Assembly: GCF_006345805.1 (NCBI RefSeq)
Contig: NW_021827319.1
Span: forward strand, 1 to 10,863
Source: Octopus sinensis
Taxonomy: Eukaryota
DNA length: 10,863 nt
Direction of reading: 5' to 3'
In this document: in pieces, positions 1 to 8,392 of the stretch
Layout of the letters: the number at the start of each line of letters is the position of its first letter
Numbering within the stretch: position 1 is the stretch's first letter
The notes under the pieces: model-generated
The model's database searches: none
What the model was told of the DNA's origin: nothing
What the model saw: only the letters and a program-made list of their open reading frames with translations
Program-made: the position numbers and the translations under genes

Positions 1-137
1 TAGGGTTAGGCTTAGGGGTTACGGTTACGGTTAGGGTTTAGGATTAGGTGTTAGGGGTTAGGGTTAGGGTCAGGCGTTAATGGTAAGGAGTTAGGGTCAG
101 CGTTTAGGGTTGGGGCTAGGGTTAAGGATTAGGCTAG
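1..137 (+). repeat. Degenerate telomere-type (TTAGGG)n array, interstitial orientation, cut by the window start
   Basis: Seven exact TTAGGG copies (12, 31, 51, 58, 64, 91, 104) among variants such as TTAGGC, TTACGG, TTAGGA, TCAGGC and CTAGGG. Unique sequence follows 3' of the G-strand. Confidence 0.85.
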
Positions 138-248
138 ATAACGACTGACTGATAGACGACTGGAGAGACAGCTGACAGAGAGGAAGATAGATAGGTAGAC
201 AGATAGACAGATAAATATGCAGAAGAGACAGACATATATTAAATATAT

Positions 249-284
<36 letters not shown>
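138..284. repeat. Low-complexity GATA/GACA-rich tract ending in (AG)16
   Basis: gatagataggtagacagatagacagata at about 187-214; perfect (AG)16 at 253-284. Confidence 0.85.
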
Positions 285-288
<4 letters not shown>

Positions 289-507
289 GGGGGTGGGGTG
301 GAAGATGAGTTGATAAAGTTAAAGAAGAGACATGGTACTTCAAAGAAAATAATTGACAAAGCAGCAAGTTCTGAAGGAAAGCAACATTCAAGATAATGCA
401 ATATTGGTCTGGGATCATCTTGAGATTATTGGTCCGTTAATGCCAGATAGAGATATAACGGTTACTGCATTCAACCCATCTATTTGAAATGTGTTCTCAA
501 ATTATGT

Positions 508-592
508 ACACACACCACACACACACACGCACACACACACACACACACGCACTCACACACACACACACACGCACACACACGCACTCACACAT

Positions 593-623
<31 letters not shown>

Positions 624-750
624 CGCACTCACACATAAACACACACACACACACGCACACACACGCGCACACACACACACACACACGCACATACACACAC
701 ACACACGCACACACACGCACTCACACACACACACACACACACACACATAC
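508..750. repeat. Compound (CA)n microsatellite with recurrent GC, GCACTC and AT interruptions
   Basis: About 240 bp of CA repeats read directly. It produces the His/Thr-rich pseudo-ORFs 484-798 and 491-823. Confidence 0.97.
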
Positions 751-1148
751 AGACTTGTATGTATTAAAAATGATTTTCAAGGCATTGTTCTATTTTAGAA
801 CTATGACTTGTTTTGTTACATAGTGTATCTATAAAGAAAGCCATGGCGATTTTGTTCTCTCAGCCTATCTGTAAAATTCGAAATCAAATATCAAAGTATA
901 GAACGCTTGTTAAATAGATTAGATGCAATTAAAGTATTTGTAATTACACAAATGAACTGGTGTTCATACATGTGTTTATTCAGAATAAATGGAGTCTATG
1001 CTAGAATTGAAGTATATTTCCCATTGTGGTTTTGCAAGACAGTTCAACTTAGCTTAGCTGGCGTATTTGGAAAAAAATGCCTTACGACACACGAAGAGTT
1101 CGATGCTGTCGTGGCGGTGCTCAGAAGCCGAAAGGCTAATTGACTGGC

Positions 1149-1158
1149 GGTCACGTGA
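1149..1158. promoter_or_regulatory. E-box/USF-CLEAR-type motif GGTCACGTGA in a CpG-rich patch
   Basis: Palindrome TCACGTGA at 1151-1158 at the edge of a CpG-rich segment (about 1084-1158). Motif match only; function not shown. Confidence 0.3.
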
Positions 1159-1253
1159 GAGAAGAGAGAGAAAAAAGGGGCAAAGGAATCAAAGAAAGAG
1201 AGAAAAAGAGGGACAAAGGCACAAAGGGGGATATATATATATATTATATATAT

Positions 1254-1505
1254 CATCGTCATCATCATCGTTTAACGTCGGTTTTCCGTGCTAGCACGGG
1301 TTGGACGGTTTGACCAGGGTCTGGGAAGCCAGGAGGCTGTGCCAGGCTCCAGTCTGATCTGGCAGTGTTTCTACAGCTGGATGCCCTTCCTAACGCCAAC
1401 CACTCCGAGAGTGTAGTGGGTGCTTTTTCGTGCCACCGACACAGATGCCAGGGGAGGCTGGCAGCGGTCACGATCGGTTGGTGCTTTTTACGTGCCACCG
1501 GCATA
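1254..1505 (-). mobile_element. SINE-like repeat (3' part) with (ATG)n tail on the minus strand
   Basis: (CAT)n-like tail at 1254-1269, then GTTTAACGTC...CTGGATGCCCTTCCTAACGCCAACCAC. Internal motif GTGCTTTTT(A)CGTGCCACCG occurs twice. A degenerate second copy lies at 5407-5660. The family assignment to an abundant octopus repeat is from recall. Confidence 0.75.
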
Positions 1506-1791
1506 GGTATCACAGCTGCTATTCCATTTATTTCGATGTTTATGTACTTGACTCAAGCACAGCAGGTCATGTGCCACATATATGGGAGAGTCTTGTAGTT
1601 CGCTTGAAGCATTGTGTATTGTTTCTAAAAAAAATAAAGTGTCTTGAATGGTACAACATTGCACTATAATAACAACCATGGACTATAATAACTGTTATAA
1701 TTTAATCATCCATAGTCTGATACAACATTTCGGAATATACTCGAAATACGACAACACGCACACTGAATGCTCTCAATATACTGATACATAA

Positions 1792-1893
1792 AGGTCGACT
1801 TTAATCCTTTAGGGTCGATAAATTAAGGACCAGTTGAGTACTACACCCTCCCACAAAATTTCGGGCCTTGTGCCTAAAATAGAAAAGAAAATA
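1792..1893 (+). mobile_element. SINE fragment, probably a Nin/Deu-domain-like core plus 3' tail
   Basis: AGGTCGACTTTAATCCTTTAGGGTCGATAAATTAAGGACCAGTTGAGTACT resembles the core CTTTCATCCTT(T/C)CGGGGTCGATAAA...AGTACCAG as I recall it. No 5' head is visible. Confidence 0.5.
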
Positions 1894-1945
1894 GGGATAG
1901 GTAAAGGGAGAGAATTAGACTTTGCTGCTTGGAATATTTCAGGAG

Positions 1946-1998
1946 GGGAAGTACGCATGCGCATTGAAGGTGCTTCTTCCTTGATGTCGATTTCCGGT
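1946..1998. promoter_or_regulatory. Cluster of housekeeping-promoter-like motifs (ETS-like GGAAGT, NRF1/Ewg-like TACGCATGCGCA, ETS-like TTCCGG)
   Basis: TACGCATGCGCA at 1952-1963 is 1 mismatch from the NRF1 palindrome TGCGCATGCGCA. GGGAAGT at 1946-1952; TTTCCGGT at 1991-1998. Confidence 0.35.
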
Positions 1999-2034
1999 TA
2001 AATGTCCTTTGAATGAATTTCTTTTAATCAGCTG

Positions 2035-2058
2035 ATAATAATAATAATAATAATAATA
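2035..2058. repeat. (ATA)8 microsatellite
   Basis: Perfect 24-bp trinucleotide run. Confidence 0.95.
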
Positions 2059-2244
2059 CGTTTATAATACTTAAAATATGGACTTAAAATGCATTTTTCT
2101 ACCAACACACACACATATATAAACAACACTATCCTTTACGAGACATTTGCGTAAGTATTAAACAATGAAAAGATTCAATGTTTTTTTAAAATTTTCGGTT
2201 TTTGGCGCGTAATTCTTTGCTCCTCTTCTCTCTTTTATGAATGC

Positions 2245-2552
2245 GAGATGTCCATGATTTGTGCAAGATTTGGCTGCTATTTCTAGCTACTAAAGAGATA
2301 TGTTTATGATATGTGCGAGATTTGGCTGCTATTTCTAACTATAGAAAAAATATGTCTATGATCTGTTCGAGATTTGGCTGCTATTTCTAGCTATGAGAGG
2401 AGTAAGATGTCTAAGAATTATGTGGGTTTTGGCTGCTATTTCTAGCTATGGAAGTGATCGTATTTGTTCGAGATTTGGCTGCTATTTCTAGCTATGAGAG
2501 TGAGATGTCTAAGAATTATGTGGGTTTTGGCTGCTATTTCTAGCTATGGAAG
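2245..2552. repeat. Minisatellite: six 21-bp cores TTTGGCTGCTATTTCTAGCTA separated by related 25-34 bp linkers (period about 52 bp)
   Basis: Cores start at 2269, 2321 (one G>A), 2373, 2428, 2474 and 2526. Linkers are 31, 31, 34, 25 and 31 bp. Linkers 3 and 5 share AGATGTCTAAGAATTATGTGGGT exactly. Confidence 0.93.
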
Positions 2553-2696
2553 CTGCCTTCTTCCTTCTCCGTCGTTGCCTCTTTAGGTTGTTGTGTGTTT
2601 TAGTTTGAGAAATATTCTCAAATACTTTCCAAAACTGAAATATTTGGAAACCAATTCTTTATTTTAATTTATCCATTGTTTCTCGCTATTACTATC

Positions 2697-2893
2697 GGGT
2701 ACTATTTAAGAAGAATGGTCCCGGTGCGCGCACTCGCTCATCCGCGCCAGCTAGTCGTGACTAGTCGATCCTTACTCTCTGTTTTTGTCTTTTATTTATT
2801 TTGCTAGATAGTCGTTGTAGGATCAACTAGTCACGACTAGCTAGCTCGGATGAGCGAGTGCGTGCACCGGGACCACTCTTCATAAATAGTCCC
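2697..2893. mobile_element. Palindromic MITE-like element with 72-bp inverted arms
   Basis: 2701-2772 matches the reverse complement of 2819-2890 at 66/72, with a 46-bp T-rich loop and GGG...CCC outer ends. No clean TSD seen. Confidence 0.75.
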
Positions 2894-3271
2894 TTACTTT
2901 CGATGTGTGCCCAACCAACTAGTAATTTGTTTCCTCATAACTTTCTGAAATACCTTTTCAGATGGTGTAGATAAGAATTATGCAGGAATTTGTTGTGTAA
3001 AGAAAAGTACAACTGAATGGAGGTTGTGGATAATTTATACACGTCGACTTTATTTCCTCATACCTGTAGATAGAAAATTATGCTGAAAACTATGGCCCAG
3101 TGTTGAAATAGCTCATCCACATTATTCGTTTTGAGGGGGATTTTTAAAAATTATCTTCACAACGCATTTGAAAATGATGGGGGTGAGGCCTTTTATGAAA
3201 AGTTATAAAAATATGATTTGCACCCGTTTTTAAGCCACCGAACACCATTGCAATTCTTGGGTATAATAATG

Positions 3272-3438
3272 GGCGATCCTTCGGGATAGGTACCATTAGT
3301 ACCGGACGTGGCTTTGTTTACATTTCTGAAGATAACAGAAACCCTTTTCTCCCCCCCTAACCCTAACCATGACCCCACCATATATATTAAAAAAACACTT
3401 TCTTGAAATGTTTCCGGTACCTATACCGAAGTTACGCC
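3272..3438. mobile_element. 167-bp non-autonomous DNA element (MITE) with 23-bp TIRs and an 8-bp flanking direct repeat (hAT-like TSD length)
   Basis: Left GGCGATCCTTCGGGATAGGTACC (3272-3294) matches the reverse complement of 3416-3438 (GGCGTAACTTCGGTATAGGTACC) at 19/23. TAATAATG lies at both 3264-3271 and 3439-3446. Internal CCCTAACCCTAACC at 3355-3368. Confidence 0.75.
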
Positions 3439-3936
3439 TAATAATGTATACCGTCGGTAAAGGATGAATTTGTTTTTGTTTGTATAATAAAATATATTCT
3501 TATTTGGCAAAATATTTTTAGATGGTGAAAGAGAAAGTATTAAAGATGAAATAATCGAGAGAAGAAAAAGGGAATTACTTCACCAACGAAACAAAGGGAA
3601 CGAAAGAAGTGGGAAAGGATTAACCAGTAGAAATGTTTTTTCTTCCTTTCCCTAGAATTCCCCTAAAAATCTGCTGCTAAATATAAATCTATATTCGATG
3701 AAAGTAAATTGTCCTTCAAAAAGTGTATTTTACGATGGAAACCAGAAGTGATGAGAGTAATATACGAATATTTCATGAAACCCGTTTGATATTCGATTGG
3801 GCTGTTCCTGTGTGGGTCTCGGCAACTGTATACTCCCGTTAAATTGTCAGCGATTCAACCAGTGTTGTTGATGCAAATGATGACAGCATCCATACACAGG
3901 CTATGGCGATGACGAAGGAAGGCGATGATGTGGAAT

Positions 3937-4160
3937 TACTCTTTTACTTGATTCAATCACCTGACTGTGGCCATGCTAGAGCACCGCCTTTGGACAAATC
4001 GACATCAGGACTTATTTTTTTAGCCTAGTTCTTATTCTGTTGTTGTCTTTTGACGAACCATTAAGCTACGAAGAACTAAATATAGCAACACTGATTGTCA
4101 AGCGGTCACGGGACACAAACAAACACGACGGGCATCTTTCAGTTTCTGTCTACCAAATCC
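3937..4160 (-). mobile_element. 5'-truncated copy of the tRNA-derived SINE family (3' portion)
   Basis: 4128-4160 GACGGGCATCTTTCAGTTTCTGTCTACCAAATCC matches 10204-10236 (ACGATGGGCTTCTTTCAGTTTCCATCTACCAAATCC). 3965-3991 matches the reverse complement of 7945-7971. It is truncated at the C14 run (4159-4172). Confidence 0.75.
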
Positions 4161-4568
4161 CCCCCCCCCCCCAAAAAAAAACAAAACCCTCGGATATGTT
4201 TGCGTGGTATCAAGTACCCTGACCTCCTAATATGTTGCAAACTTCTTATTTTTGTTCGGAAAAGTGGGGAGGGGGTTCGCCCCCCCATCATATCACGGAA
4301 ACATTGGAATTTTTATTTTCTTACTGAAAATCGTGCGAGTGAAAGAATCAAATAATACCGAAGAGATGTTTCATTTGCAGATGAGACTGCGGAAGAGAAT
4401 TGGACCAAAATTTACCATAACTTTTTTTCAGATACAAATGAAAGAATAATTTATCTGACACAAACAGAAAATAATTGATGGAAATATACTTCAGCAATTT
4501 CATGGCCTTTTTTGTGTATGTTTAAAAAGAGATTTTTAACCCCACCCTTTTAAGTGTATAGTACAGAA

Positions 4569-5048
4569 AAAGAATTTGACTCATGGAAGCATAAAAGTTT
4601 TCACAATAAACCGACGGTGAAGATGATGATTATGATGTGCAAAACAAGTACCTGCTAAGAAAATCCACTTTTCCATTCTTTTGTGGGTCAGGCAGAGATT
4701 TTTCTGCCAGATGGCCTTCTTCTTGTGAACCCTCACTAGTTTCCAAGCAAGGTAATATTTCCCCATGTCTGCACATATTTTCAGGTTGATGTGCATTGAC
4801 ATGTGTTAAGTGATATGAAGACACAAAAACACACAGGACTACCTTCTTTGAGTTTCTGTCTATCAAATCCACTCAGATGGCTTTAGATGCTGCTATTAAA
4901 GAAGACCCTTGCTCAAGGTGCTGCTCTGTGAGACTGAACTTGAAATCACATGGTTGGAAATCAAAGTTGTTCAAAATTTTTTTTCCTAATTTTCTTGGCT
5001 TTTCATAATTCATCAATGTTTATTCTTGCTTCATCTGTCATAAAAATT
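4569..5048 (+). repeat. Segment D, copy 1 (480 bp), direct repeat of 9613-10094
   Basis: About 98% identical by hand comparison: about 6 substitutions plus a CAAAA/TTCCTAA replacement. Confidence 0.97.
4836..4968 (-). mobile_element. Old degenerate tRNA-SINE copy inside segment D (duplicated at about 9880-10012)
   Basis: CTTCTTTGAGTTTCTGTCTATCAAATCCACTCAGATGGCTTTAG...GAAGACCCTTGCTCAAGGTGC...GAGACTGAACTTGAAATCACATGGTTGG aligns colinearly with the young copy at 10204-10367. Confidence 0.75.
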
Positions 5049-5406
5049 GTAGTTCCGGCAGTTCTCCATGTGACAACATGACCTACTAGAAATAACAGCA
5101 CATTTCTCTTCAATTTCTCCTATGGGTTACAAATATTGAAGACTGTATTGGATGACATAATTATAGATATAGAATGTTAGAGAAATAGACAAGATGTTCA
5201 TGGATGGAATGTCTATAATCACATGTCTGTTCAGTCAGAACTGACCTGGATCTAAACAAAAAGTTATATTTCTGGAGAAAGACTAATGTTAGCGTCCACC
5301 ATTCTGTAGTTTTATTTTAAAACCCTTACACAATGTGAAGGTGTCAGTGGAGTTGACAAATATCTAAGCTTCACACAAGATTCTATGATGTAAATTTTAA
5401 TAAATG

Positions 5407-5660
5407 AAGTTCATCGTCATCTTTCGACCTCTATACTGGAAGCGATTCGATGGTTTGAGCAGGGCTGGCAAGCTGGGGAGCTGCAGCACACTCCAGTGTG
5501 AATTTTTATGGTTCCGAGAGCTAAATGTCCTTCCTCGTGCCAACCAGCTCACAGTTCACAGGTTGCTTTTATGTGGCACTGCACAGGCAATTTTATGTGC
5601 CACCACAGAGTTGCTTTAATGTGGTGCCACTTTAACATGGCACTGCACATCTGCTTTTAT
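5407..5660 (-). mobile_element. Degenerate copy of the SINE-like repeat at 1254-1505
   Basis: GATGGTTTGAGCAGGGCTGGCAAGCTGGGGAGCTGC...ATGTCCTTCCTCGTGCCAACCA...TTTTATGTGCCACCAC aligns with 1301-1500 at clearly lower identity. Confidence 0.6.
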
Positions 5661-6247
5661 GAAGAAAGGTCCCCAGTGTTTTTTACCACCAGACGGATAA
5701 GTCTGAATATTTCTGCTGTGGAGTACAGGTCTTCTTGGGTACAGCTGGGTGCCAGGCACCTTTGTTTTTATCATATCACCTGAAACTCTCCCATATCTTC
5801 TTGGGTGTCCCACTCCCATCTACTTTGAGAGATTGGCATTTCTTTAGGAGCTGTTAGCATCCAGCTCAGTTGTAAAGGTAAATGTTTGTTTCTACAGTTT
5901 ACCTCCATAGAATTGAATCTGTATTTTTTAAGTAGCCTCTACATTTTACACTGCTGTTTCTCTATAATTTCAGAACATCACATGACAGAAGAAGCATCAT
6001 CAATGTCTACTATGTTTTAAAGACTAAACGAAAATATACAAAACTTGTATAACATTGTTTTTTACAAATCTTTGGAAGAATTCCTGTGAAACATTTGCTC
6101 TGAAATAATATATTTAGCCAAATTTCTGAACATTATTGACTGGAATGTCAAGAAGATAAGACTGTGTCATGATTAAAGTTTGATAAATTTATGAAAGGGT
6201 TGCTAAACAAAGGTCACACTGGACAGAAATACAGCAGCAGAAGTGTA

Positions 6248-6434
6248 TGTAAGGAACAAAGTATAAAAACGAAAGCAAGGAAAATATATTGACTGGGATT
6301 TGAGAGGAAAAGTAAGAGAAAAGGGAGAGAAAAAAATTATAGAATAGATTTTTCCCTTAACACCTCATAAAAGAGATGAGTTCATATGACTGAGGTATCT
6401 GTACAAATCCTTTTTTCGAAAAAGTAACCCAATT
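6248..6434 (+). pseudogene. Decayed N-terminal region and disrupted first C2H2 finger upstream of the ZNF ORF
   Basis: 6385-6452 reads Y-D-STOP(TGA 6391-6393, first Cys position)-G-I-C-[2 nt, one base short]-K-S-F-F-R-K-S-N-P-I-M-H-K-R-I-H. Further upstream there is another TGA at 6290-6292 in a CKEQSIKTKARKIY* frame. Confidence 0.7.
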
Positions 6435-6812
6435 ATGCACAAACGTATTCATATTGGAGAGAAAGCGTACCACTGTGATATCTGTGGTAAATCATTCTCT
6501 AGCTGTGTTCACTTATCTACACACAAATATATTCATACAGGAGAGAGGCCATATCATTGTGATATCTGTGGTAAATCATTCTCTCAAAGTAATGACTTAA
6601 AGAAACACAAACCTATTCATACAGGAGAGAGGAAATATCCTTGTGATATCTGTGGTAAACCATTCATTCAACAGAGTGCCGTATCTATACACAAACGTAT
6701 TCATACGGGAGAGAGGCAATATCACTGTGATGTCTGTGGTAAATCATTCTCTCAAAGTACTGACTTCAAAAGACACAAACATATTCAAACAGGGGAGAAA
6801 GGAAAAGGGTAG
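6435..6812 (+). CDS. Tandem C2H2 (Kruppel-type) zinc-finger ORF, 125 aa, 4 fingers (last degenerate); truncated gene or pseudogene remnant
   Basis: C-x2-C-x12-H-x3-H repeats at an exact 84-bp period (Cys codons 6474, 6558, 6642, 6726). Linkers are IGEKAY, TGERPY, TGERKY and TGERQY. Finger 4 ends HKHIQ (His>Gln). Homology is certain; translation is not. Confidence 0.8.
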   Translation: MHKRIHIGEKAYHCDICGKSFSSCVHLSTHKYIHTGERPYHCDICGKSFSQSNDLKKHKPIHTGERKYPCDICGKPFIQQSAVSIHKRIHTGERQYHCDVCGKSFSQSTDFKRHKHIQTGEKGKG

Positions 6813-8004
6813 TTTCCATGGTTTCTTGTTTGCTATATTTAATATTCCTGTGTTGTAAATTGTGATGAAAGTATTTCCAAGAATTTTATATTTTTTCCAT
6901 TTGTTTATGCAGTTTCCTTTCCATGTTCTAAGGGCCTCTCTACCAAATCTCCTCCTCCTGACAACCCCACACATTATTCTTTCTTAAATATCGCATCCTG
7001 TAATTAACAGCATATTTTACTGTTTATTGTATTTTAAATGCTTCCCTCATTAAATACGTTATACAATGACATAAGTTATTAATTATTTTATACTCAGGAA
7101 TATTGTAAAGTTGTCAAATATGTACATAAACAATGACCCCCCAAATACAAAACAGAAGGGACCACAAAGGAAGAACATGAGGCATAAGTACAGTTTAGTG
7201 GCCCCACACTAGACTGATTCCTTGTTAGCTTTTCAATAATGGTTTCTTTAAATTAAACTTTACAGAGATGAGTTTTCAAATGTCCAGATAAAGATTATTT
7301 TCATAAAATTGATAATAAACATTTTGGAGGAGATTCTTATTCTCAACCCCATCCTGTTTTTGTCAACGCTAACTTCAGAACTTGAGGTAACCTACCAGCC
7401 TCTTGACCAACTATGAATCTGGTGATACACAAGTATTTCTGAGGAGATCAGGCATCGAGGTGGCTCTTGAAGCAGCAGGAGCTGTGGCTGGCTGTGGTAG
7501 TCATGGTCTGCTAGGGTTTGTGGCATGGAAGTTGCAACATCTGTAACAATTGAGGGAGTGCGGTACACAAGTTGGGAAGAAGGCTACAGCGATACTATAA
7601 GTATGGTGGTGGCAATAATTTTTGACAGTGGGGAGCACCTCTATATATATGGGGTTGCGTAAAATTATGTGTGCCTGTATATATGTATGTATATCTATAT
7701 GTATAGATTTGAAAGTAATTCCATACAAATTGTTTATATTTAGGGAATGAAATTTGGATTACTTTGAAAGACGTGCATTTAACTGCAATTTATTTGATGT
7801 TATAATGGTGATATCATAATTTATAAAAAATCATCTCACATGGACAAACATCTATATACGCCACACGTACACATACACACATAATAAATTCAAAATCTGG
7901 AAGAAATTATTCGTATCAAAAATATCACAGAGGTAAGTTATCTCAAGGCAGTGCTCCAGCATGGCTGCAGTGAATAAAAGTTTTAAACAAAATGAATGCA
8001 TGAA

Positions 8005-8026
8005 AGAGAGAGAGAGAGAGAGAGAG
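8005..8026. repeat. (AG)11 microsatellite; its mirror is (CT)18 at 10705-10740
   Basis: Read directly in both arms. Confidence 0.9.
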
Positions 8027-8186
8027 ACATAAAAAGCGTGGTAACAAGTAGAGAGAGACTGATGGTGATAAAGAGTAGATCTAAAAGTTAAGTTATTTCT
8101 CGTAGATTAAATATTTTTTATTATTATTTCCAGATGACTTCCTCTTTGAGATGATAATTATTTTTGCTTTGTTTTCCCTATTTATA

Positions 8187-8392
8187 GGCGCAGGATTGGC
8201 TGTGTGGTAAGTAGCTTGCTTACCAACCACATGGTTCTGGGTTCAGTCCCACTGCATGGCACCTTGGGCAAGTGTCATCTACTATAGCCTCGGGCCGACC
8301 AAAGCCTTGTGAGTGGATTTGGTAGATGGAAACTGAAAGAAGCCCATCGTATATATGTATATATATGTGTGTTTGTCCTCCCAATATCGCTA
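8187..8392 (+). mobile_element. tRNA-derived SINE with Pol III A and B boxes and a (TA/TG) tail
   Basis: A-box-like TGGCTGTGTGG (8197-8207) and B-box-like GGTTCAGTCCC (8240-8250). 164-bp core at 8187-8350, then ATATATGTATATATATGTGTG. Five related copies are in the window. Confidence 0.88.

Noticed and set aside
1-137. True chromosome terminus
   Set aside because: The orientation is wrong for a native end and the repeats are highly degenerate.
129-401. 90-aa minus-strand ORF
   Set aside because: The Leu/Ser runs come from (CT)n and GATA-type repeats; no domain.
484-823. His/Thr-rich ORFs
   Set aside because: They are translations of the (CA)n microsatellite.
1115-1145. Hammerhead ribozyme (GCC-GAAA-GGC stem-loop)
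   Set aside because: No CUGANGA core upstream and no GAAA-stem III-NUH arrangement.
2269-2546. CRISPR array (constant repeats with spacer-sized gaps)
   Set aside because: The spacers are homologous to each other (3 and 5 nearly identical), the repeat is only 21 bp and not palindromic, there are no cas genes or leader, and the context is eukaryotic.
2925-3090. Degenerate local duplication (TTTCCTCATA...TGTAGATA-GAATTATGC twice)
   Set aside because: Short, AT-rich and imperfect; probably a minor old duplication with no evident function.
3520-3654. Possible coding exon (DGERESIKDEIIERRKRELL...) after TTTTTAG
   Set aside because: A short purine-rich frame ending in a stop, with no recognisable homology or convincing donor site.
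3748-3900. Box C/D snoRNA or hammerhead (GTGATGA at 3748, GAAAC downstream)
   Set aside because: No suitably placed CTGA D box or terminal stem, and the hammerhead core is not matched.
4271-4284. GGGGG-TTCG-CCCCC hairpin as a terminator or Helitron end
   Set aside because: Only a 5-bp homopolymer stem, with no U-tract or CTRR terminus following.
7400-7640. GC-richer block as a retroelement or coding remnant
   Set aside because: The frames I translated gave no RT, endonuclease or other motif, so I cannot assign it.
8187-8260. tRNA gene
   Set aside because: A and B boxes are present, but there is no complete cloverleaf or acceptor stem, and the sequence continues into a SINE body found in several copies.
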